From contig DCYS01000037.1 in the NCBI GenBank assembly GCA_002331485.1, forward strand, positions 9,171 through 73,170: 64,000 nucleotides of DNA, written 5' to 3'. Origin of the DNA: Flavobacteriales bacterium UBA2104. Lineage in GTDB: Bacteria > Bacteroidota > Bacteroidia > Flavobacteriales_D > Crocinitomicaceae. Shown here in pieces: positions 58,308-64,000 of this stretch (its first letter is position 1; the number at the start of each line of letters is the position of its first letter). The position numbers and the translations under genes were made by a program. Under the pieces are notes generated by a model. The model did no database searches and had not been told where the DNA came from. It worked only from the letters and a program-made list of their open reading frames with translations.

Positions 58308-59999
58308 CTATTCCTTTATAAATCTTAAGGTCTCCTCTCCTATTCTGACAAAATAGATACCCTTAGGCAAAACAGAAATTTCAAGTTCTATTCTTCGTGA
58401 ATTAAGTCTTTTCGATTCTAACTCTATTCTCCTGCCTAGTTGATCAACTACATGCCACTGCTCTATTGAGTTATTTGACTGGACATTTAAAACATCTGTT
58501 GCAGGATTCGGATAAAGAGACACTGACGACAACAATACATTTTGATCTACAGAAACATCTCCCAATTCAACTGTCACTGTAGTATCACAACCGGAATCAT
58601 CAGTAATTGTGATCAAATAAGTACCACCACATAGACCCTCAGCTGATGCAGAATCACTCACTGACCCACCATTCCAATCGAACCAATATGGAGGAACTCC
58701 ACCTTCAACGAGAAAATAGATCGCTCCGTCACAAGTTCCTTCATCAGGCTGAGTAAAATAATTGAACCCTATAGGGTCTGGACCAGGAACATAGACACAA
58801 TAAGAGTCTGTTTGACCAAGATCATCTGTGACCAATACACAATGTTGACCAGAAGAAAGTCCTGTTGCGGTTTGTGTTGTTTGATTCCCTGTTGAGTTTC
58901 CCCATAAATAATCGTATGGAGCCTGACCCGCGTTTGGTGTAATGGTGGCTGTTCCATCTGCATCACCATAACAGCTTACAGAAGTACTAGAAGGAAAAAG
59001 AGCCAATCCATTACTAGTCGGATAAGTTGCTACAGCTTTCAACAAAACTGGTAAATGATCGGACATATAGTATAGAGCACTTACAATACTATCTGGGTAA
59101 TCAGTATTATTTCCTTGAAGAAGATTCGAATTAAAATGATTGCCGTCATTTCCAACTGCGTCATAACTTCCGCTTAAATAACGCACACTATCACTCCCAC
59201 TCATTACATTTTGAGAAACTAAGATCTGATCAAAACGATCATCTAATCCACCCTTGGATCCGCAATCGAAATTCAGACTGGTACGAGTTGATTGCGTATG
59301 CAAATAATCAAAACTACCGTTATTATTCCAGTTTCCAGGAGCATTGATCGGATCTTCAAATGCAAAAGGACCAGTGATTAGATTTTGATAACCATCCTCA
59401 TTCGAACTGTAAACATTAAGATCCCCACAAAAAAAGTGATTATGACTAGTTGGTTGAGTCTCAATATAATCCATCAAAGCTTCAGTTTGCGTCGCACGAA
59501 TTTGCTCATTTGACGAGCTATTCCCGGCCTTCAAATGACTCATGTATACATGAACGAATGTAGTGTCGAAATACGTTCCTAAGTTTGGATCGTTGAAATA
59601 AAGTAAATAATGATCTATCTCACGAGGATATGCTATTATCTCTCCCTGATCATATAGCGTTAGTTTGTCAGCATTATAAAACATTACATTGTTCAATGAT
59701 CCATCGGAGGAATAACCTGCTGCGGCATAGTTTGGAGCACCAGAAAAAGTCAAAGAATTATTAAGAATTAGGGATAATGCAGACTGATTTTGTACTTCAC
59801 AAGCAACAAAAACATCTGGCTTCGTGTAACTCATTATTTTTCTTAGCGTGTCTTCTCTATTCTGAACAACTGTATTAGTTCCACAATCATCTCGTCCTTC
59901 TGGGAAATTCAATAGATTATATGAGACCAAAGTCATCGTATCTGTCTGACTATAGGCTGCGGAGAGAAAAAGTATAGAGAGTAATAAGAGTTTCTTCAT
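58308..59999 (-). CDS. Secreted endonuclease/exonuclease/phosphatase (EEP) family protein with SprB-like repeats and T9SS type-A CTD
   Basis: SYNLLN, ACEVQ, HLKAG, CGDLN, RFDQIL and SDHLP; CTD LYPNPATDVLN...GIYFVRI. The start is placed at MKKLLLL. Confidence 0.88.
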   Translation of the reverse strand: MKKLLLLSILFLSAAYSQTDTMTLVSYNLLNFPEGRDDCGTNTVVQNREDTLRKIMSYTKPDVFVACEVQNQSALSLILNNSLTFSGAPNYAAAGYSSDGSLNNVMFYNADKLTLYDQGEIIAYPREIDHYLLYFNDPNLGTYFDTTFVHVYMSHLKAGNSSSNEQIRATQTEALMDYIETQPTSHNHFFCGDLNVYSSNEDGYQNLITGPFAFEDPINAPGNWNNNGSFDYLHTQSTRTSLNFDCGSKGGLDDRFDQILVSQNVMSGSDSVRYLSGSYDAVGNDGNHFNSNLLQGNNTDYPDSIVSALYYMSDHLPVLLKAVATYPTSNGLALFPSSTSVSCYGDADGTATITPNAGQAPYDYLWGNSTGNQTTQTATGLSSGQHCVLVTDDLGQTDSYCVYVPGPDPIGFNYFTQPDEGTCDGAIYFLVEGGVPPYWFDWNGGSVSDSASAEGLCGGTYLITITDDSGCDTTVTVELGDVSVDQNVLLSSVSLYPNPATDVLNVQSNNSIEQWHVVDQLGRRIELESKRLNSRRIELEISVLPKGIYFVRIGEETLRFIKE

Positions 60000-60287
60000 A
60001 CTGCAAAAATACATGGATCATTGAGGTTGACTAAAAATTTCGCAAACAAAGTTGTCCAGTAAATTGCCAACACCTCATAAATCGATTTAAAAAAAGTACA
60101 TTCCATGGTAATTAAATCACTCTTCAATTCGCTTCATTTATGTGGTTTTGATCGCTTTTTTTTAATTAACTTAGCGCGTTGATTTTAGAACGAACACTAC
60201 TCAATTTCTGTGACTCGTATTGGCGAAGCCGTACCCAATCTTAGACAAAACATGGACGCATGCATTGTGAGTAAAATGATTCAATAA

Positions 60288-60719
60288 TTGTCAAGTCATA
60301 AACGACATATTGCAAAAACGATCACCTGGAGAATAGTGGGAACAATAGACACGATCCTACTAAGTTGGCTTATTACAGGTAACGCTTTGACCGGTTTAAA
60401 GATCGGAGGCACAGAATTGGTAACAAAAATGATCCTCTACTATCTGCACGAGCGAGCTTGGTTTAATTTGCGCGTTTTCAAAACGAATGGTGCCCAAGTA
60501 AGACATATTTTAAAAACATTTACCTGGCGTTTTATAGGTACAATGGACACTGTGATTCTTGCATGGTTAATTTCCGGAAATGCAGAATTCGGCTTATCTA
60601 TCGGCGGACTTGAGTTGATCACAAAAATGATCTTGTATTACCTACATGAACGAACCTGGTATAAGATCAAATTTGGACTCGAATCTAAAAATAGAACTCA
60701 ACCCCACGCCGATCACTGA
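60288..60719 (+). CDS. Tandem double DUF2061 membrane protein
   Basis: Two repeats: KTITWRIVGTIDT...YYLHERAW and KTFTWRFIGTMDT...YYLHERTW; TTG start. Confidence 0.85.
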   Translation: MSSHKRHIAKTITWRIVGTIDTILLSWLITGNALTGLKIGGTELVTKMILYYLHERAWFNLRVFKTNGAQVRHILKTFTWRFIGTMDTVILAWLISGNAEFGLSIGGLELITKMILYYLHERTWYKIKFGLESKNRTQPHADH

Positions 60720-60745
60720 TTACTGATTACGGTTAAGAAAAAAGA

Positions 60746-61336
60746 ATGGAAAACATTTACGAAGAAAAGTACAACGTCACTCCTGAGCAAAGAGGAGGAA
60801 TGAAAAACCAAAAACCTCTTGTGATCTGGTTCACTGGTCTTTCTGGATCTGGGAAATCTACGTTAGCAAAACAGCTAGAACACGAGTTATTTAACCGTGG
60901 TTATCATACTTTCAGTCTAGACGGAGATAATGTTCGTTCAGGATTGAACAAGAATATTGGTTTTACACCTGAAGGAAGAAAAGAAAACTTAAGAAGGATC
61001 GGTGAAGTTGCCAAATTAATGCTCGATGCAGGATTGATAACAATTTGCGCATTTATCTCCCCATACAAGGAAGATCGTTATGCAATACAAAACACTGTTG
61101 GAATCGATAATTATTTTGAAGTATTCGTAGATACTCCACTTTCTGTTTGCGAAGAAAGAGATGTTAAAGGTCTTTATAAAAGAGCGAGAAGCGGTGAGAT
61201 CAAGAATTTCACTGGAATTTCAGCGCCGTATGAAAAACCTGAAGAACCGAACTTGAGAATCGATACATCTGAAACAAATATTGAACAAGCACTTTCAATG
61301 CTGATCGAAAAAATTGAAGCGAAAATAAAAAGTTAA
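60746..61336 (+). CDS. cysC: Adenylyl-sulfate (APS) kinase
   Basis: WFTGLSGSGKST, LDGDNVRSGL, FISPY and FTGISAPYE. Confidence 0.96.
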   Translation: MENIYEEKYNVTPEQRGGMKNQKPLVIWFTGLSGSGKSTLAKQLEHELFNRGYHTFSLDGDNVRSGLNKNIGFTPEGRKENLRRIGEVAKLMLDAGLITICAFISPYKEDRYAIQNTVGIDNYFEVFVDTPLSVCEERDVKGLYKRARSGEIKNFTGISAPYEKPEEPNLRIDTSETNIEQALSMLIEKIEAKIKS

Positions 61337-61362
61337 CTTTGTAAGTACCGATCCACAATCAA

Positions 61363-62274
61363 ATGAGTATGCAAAAATATTATTTAAATTATTTAGACGA
61401 ATTAGAATCTGAAGCCATTTTCGTGCTTCGAGAAGTTGCTGCACAATTCAAGAATCCTGTGATCCTATTTTCAGGAGGCAAAGATTCTATCTGTGTGACT
61501 CACCTGGCCAAAAAAGCATTTCATCCCGCAAAGTTCCCTTTTGCGTTGATGCACGTTGATACAGGTCACAATTTCCCCGAAACGATTAAGTTCAGAGACG
61601 ATCTCATAGAATCTCTTGGAGCCAAATTGATCGTGGGTTCTGTACAGGAATCGATCGACCAAGGGCGAGTTCAGGAAGAGAAAGGTAAGTTTGCTACGCG
61701 TAACGCATTGCAGATCACTACTCTACTCGACGCCATAGAATCAAATAAAATCGATTGTGCGATTGGTGGTGGACGACGTGATGAAGAGAAAGCTCGAGCA
61801 AAAGAGCGATTCTTCTCTCACCGAAATGATTTTGGAGAATGGGACCCAAAAAATCAGCGTCCTGAGCTGTGGAACCTTTTCAATGGAAAACATTTTGAAG
61901 GTGAGCATTTCAGAAGTTTCCCAATCTCTAACTGGACAGAGATGGATGTCTGGAACTATATTCTTAGAGAACAGATCGAGATACCTTCACTCTATTTTGC
62001 TCACGAAAGAGATGTGATCAGAAGAAATGATTCTTGGATCCCAGACTCAGAATACTTGATCAAAGATGAAAGTGAAGAGGTAGTTCGCAAGAAGATCCGA
62101 TTTAGAACGCTTGGAGATATTACGATCACAGGAGGAATCGAATCAGATGCAGATACACTTGAAAAGATCGTTGAAGAGGTTGCCGCTATGCGAAGCACAG
62201 AAAGAGGTAATCGTTCGGACGATAAAAGATCTGAGACTGCGATGGAAGATCGGAAAAAACAAGGGTACTTCTAA
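61363..62274 (+). CDS. cysD: Sulfate adenylyltransferase subunit 2
   Basis: LFSGGKDS, DTGHNFPE, GGGRRDEEKARAKER, FPISNWTE and RFRTLGD. Confidence 0.97.
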   Translation: MSMQKYYLNYLDELESEAIFVLREVAAQFKNPVILFSGGKDSICVTHLAKKAFHPAKFPFALMHVDTGHNFPETIKFRDDLIESLGAKLIVGSVQESIDQGRVQEEKGKFATRNALQITTLLDAIESNKIDCAIGGGRRDEEKARAKERFFSHRNDFGEWDPKNQRPELWNLFNGKHFEGEHFRSFPISNWTEMDVWNYILREQIEIPSLYFAHERDVIRRNDSWIPDSEYLIKDESEEVVRKKIRFRTLGDITITGGIESDADTLEKIVEEVAAMRSTERGNRSDDKRSETAMEDRKKQGYF

Positions 62275-62303
62275 ATTTAGAACTTAGAATTAATGATTAG
62301 TTC

Positions 62304-62390
62304 CCCGGTATCTCGATACATTTTGATTTCCGGAGCGAAAACACTCGGTGATCGAGTGCCACGAAAAGAAATGAAGTGGTATATCGAGAT
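62304..62390. repeat. Structured intergenic repeat, copy 1
   Basis: Outer IR ATCTCGATA/TATCGAGAT and inner hairpin CACTCG-GTGAT-CGAGTG; shares a 27-nt segment with 63810-63836. Confidence 0.8.
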
Positions 62391-62422
62391 CAACGACAAA
62401 CAACAAAAGAATTTCACTAAAC

Positions 62423-63679
62423 ATGAGTATAGATAAAAACCAATTACTAAGATTCACAACGGCGGGAAGTGTTGATGATGGAAAAAGCACATTGATAGGA
62501 CGATTACTTTATGATTCAAAATCAATTTTTGAAGACCAATTGGATTCAGTTGAAAAAACGAGTCAGAAAAAGGGACATGACGGGGTTGATCTGGCCTTAT
62601 TCACTGATGGACTCCGTGATGAAAGAGAACAGGGAATTACAATTGATGTAGCTTACCGTTATTTTACAACTCCAAAACGTAAGTTCATCATTGCCGATAC
62701 TCCAGGTCACGTTCAGTATACGAGAAACATGGTTACCGGTGCATCAACAGCAAATGCAGCTCTGCTTTTGATCGATGCGCGTCATGGTGTGATCGAACAA
62801 ACAAAACGTCATTCATATATTGCCTCGTTATTACAGATTCCTCATGTGATCGTATGTATCAACAAAATGGATCTTGTTGATTACAGTGAGGAGAAATTCA
62901 ACGAAATAGTAGAAGATTATGAGGCACTGGCATCTAAAATGATGATCAAAGATGTTCAATTTGTCCCTATATCCGCATTGCACGGAGATAACGTGGTTAA
63001 CGGATCAGAAAACATGGACTGGTACAAAGGAGGACCGCTATTGAATACACTTGAGACTTTACATATCGGATCTGACATCAATAAAAAGGATGCTCGTTTC
63101 CCTGTTCAAACAGTGATCAGGCCGCAATCCAAAGAGTTTATTGATTACCGTGGGTATGCTGGTAGAATTGATTCTGGTATTTTCAGAATAGGAGATGAAG
63201 TCACTATTCTTCCATCTGAATTCACTTCTAAGATCAAGAGTATTGACACGATAGATGCTGAGCTTGAAGAAGCATTCGCACCGATGTCAGTAACAATGCA
63301 ACTCGAGGACGACATTGATATCAGTCGAGGGGATATGATCGTCAAAACAAAAAATCAACCTCAAAAAACACAAGAGGTGGAAGCGATGATCTGCTGGTTA
63401 AGTAATGAGAAGTATGTTCCTAGAACAAAGTTCATTATCAAACATACAACCAATGAACAAACTGCAATGGTAAAGAATGTTGAGTATAAAGTAGATGTTA
63501 ACACATTAGACCGGGTGGAAAATGATCAAGATCTGGAAATGAATGACATCGCTAGAATTGCGATCAAAACTGCAAAACCGATCATGGTAGATGAATACCG
63601 TGATAACAGAAATACTGGAAGTTTTATTCTGATCAACCCGAATAATAACGAGACGGTTGCGGCTGGGATGATTATTTGA
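62423..63679 (+). CDS. cysN: Sulfate adenylyltransferase subunit 1 (GTPase)
   Basis: TAGSVDDGKSTLIGRLL, REQGITIDVAYRYF, DTPGH, NKMD and PISALHGDNV; no fused APS kinase. Confidence 0.96.
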   Translation: MSIDKNQLLRFTTAGSVDDGKSTLIGRLLYDSKSIFEDQLDSVEKTSQKKGHDGVDLALFTDGLRDEREQGITIDVAYRYFTTPKRKFIIADTPGHVQYTRNMVTGASTANAALLLIDARHGVIEQTKRHSYIASLLQIPHVIVCINKMDLVDYSEEKFNEIVEDYEALASKMMIKDVQFVPISALHGDNVVNGSENMDWYKGGPLLNTLETLHIGSDINKKDARFPVQTVIRPQSKEFIDYRGYAGRIDSGIFRIGDEVTILPSEFTSKIKSIDTIDAELEEAFAPMSVTMQLEDDIDISRGDMIVKTKNQPQKTQEVEAMICWLSNEKYVPRTKFIIKHTTNEQTAMVKNVEYKVDVNTLDRVENDQDLEMNDIARIAIKTAKPIMVDEYRDNRNTGSFILINPNNNETVAAGMII

Positions 63680-63880
63680 TAGTGACGAGTGACTAATGAG
63701 TAGTGAGAAATGGAATGATAGGTGATCGAGTGATCCTGATCGAAACGCAGTGTAGCATCAGGAGCGTATCGAGAGCGCCGAAATCAACTAAAATAATACG
63801 AACATAAAACCCGGGATCTCGATACATTTTGATTTCATTGCATTCCATCAAAACACCGTGCCTGACGGCAGACAGGCTCG
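63680..63880. repeat. Heptamer array plus structured intergenic repeat, copy 2
   Basis: TAGTGAC GAGTGAC TAATGAG TAGTGAG heptamers; IRs TCCTGAT/ATCAGGA and GTATCGAGA/TCTCGATAC; GCCTGACGGCAGACAGGC hairpin. Confidence 0.75.
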
Positions 63881-63924
63881 ATTACCGGCAGTAGATTGAT
63901 AACCGTTCACCCTTTCAAAACAAC

Positions 63925-64000
63925 ATGAACAATATTCTTAACAAATCAATAAAAGCATCTCTGGAAGCCGGAAAAGCCATCATGGAGATCTATGAATCTG
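63925..64000 (+). CDS. cysQ: Probable 3'(2'),5'-bisphosphate nucleotidase CysQ, 3'-truncated
   Basis: MNNILNKSIKASLEAGKAIMEIYES matches the CysQ/inositol-monophosphatase N-terminal helix; position after cysN. Confidence 0.7.
   Translation, partial: MNNILNKSIKASLEAGKAIMEIYES

Noticed and set aside
60175-60287. Possible SAM-II/SAM-V riboswitch in the leader of the cys operon (GCGCGTTGATTT resembles the SAM-II 5' end; small GGCGAAGCC hairpin)
   Set aside because: There is no nearby complementary P1 strand and no AAAU..GCUAAA 3' pseudoknot segment, and SAM-I core motifs are absent. An Infernal/Rfam scan would settle it.
62290-62490. 66-aa minus-strand ORF across the cysD-cysN gap
   Set aside because: It spans the structured repeat and is antisense to cysN; no homology cue.
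1-64000. tRNA, rRNA, integrase, transposase or prophage genes
   Set aside because: I found no cloverleaf/T-loop context, rRNA-like segment or recombinase motif; nearly all sequence is explained by the listed CDSs.

Overview
This is a 64-kb AT-rich bacterial chromosome segment, almost certainly Bacteroidota and most likely a marine Flavobacteriales. The evidence is the fused ccoNO, five type IX secretion (T9SS) cargo proteins, a PorP/SprF gene, TAnnTTTG promoter elements and flavobacterial-type DUF genes. Gene content in order: a 5'-truncated T9SS type-B adhesin, proCBA, an ArsS-like radical SAM / rhodanese / TIGR04282 trio, priA, and a cbb3 oxidase operon (ccoS-NO-Q-P-G-H plus accessory genes). 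Next come a C-terminal protease, an NlpC/P60 protein, a SpeD-SpeE fusion with a ureohydrolase, and a glycan locus (Wzx, deacetylase, GT4, sulfotransferase, SGNH, YfhO). These are followed by miaE, a PKD adhesin with PorP/SprF, AcpH, MltF, a multidomain T9SS subtilase, an M14 peptidase, ZIP/MntR, ABC-F and rho. The window ends with a 4x fasciclin T9SS protein, a thiolase, a T9SS EEP nuclease, and DUF2061-cysC-cysD-cysN-cysQ (cysQ truncated). I saw no tRNA, rRNA, CRISPR array, integrase or transposase. The most notable observations are: a CcoP with an extra N-terminal cytochrome c domain; a subtilase with Glu at the catalytic-Asp position; an ArsS-like cluster without arsM; the SpeD-SpeE fusion; a sulfated-glycan/PAPS link; paired TGAC-N4-GTCA boxes upstream of cco; and several families of intergenic palindromic and heptamer repeats. 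All family assignments come from recognising motifs by eye; no database searches were run.
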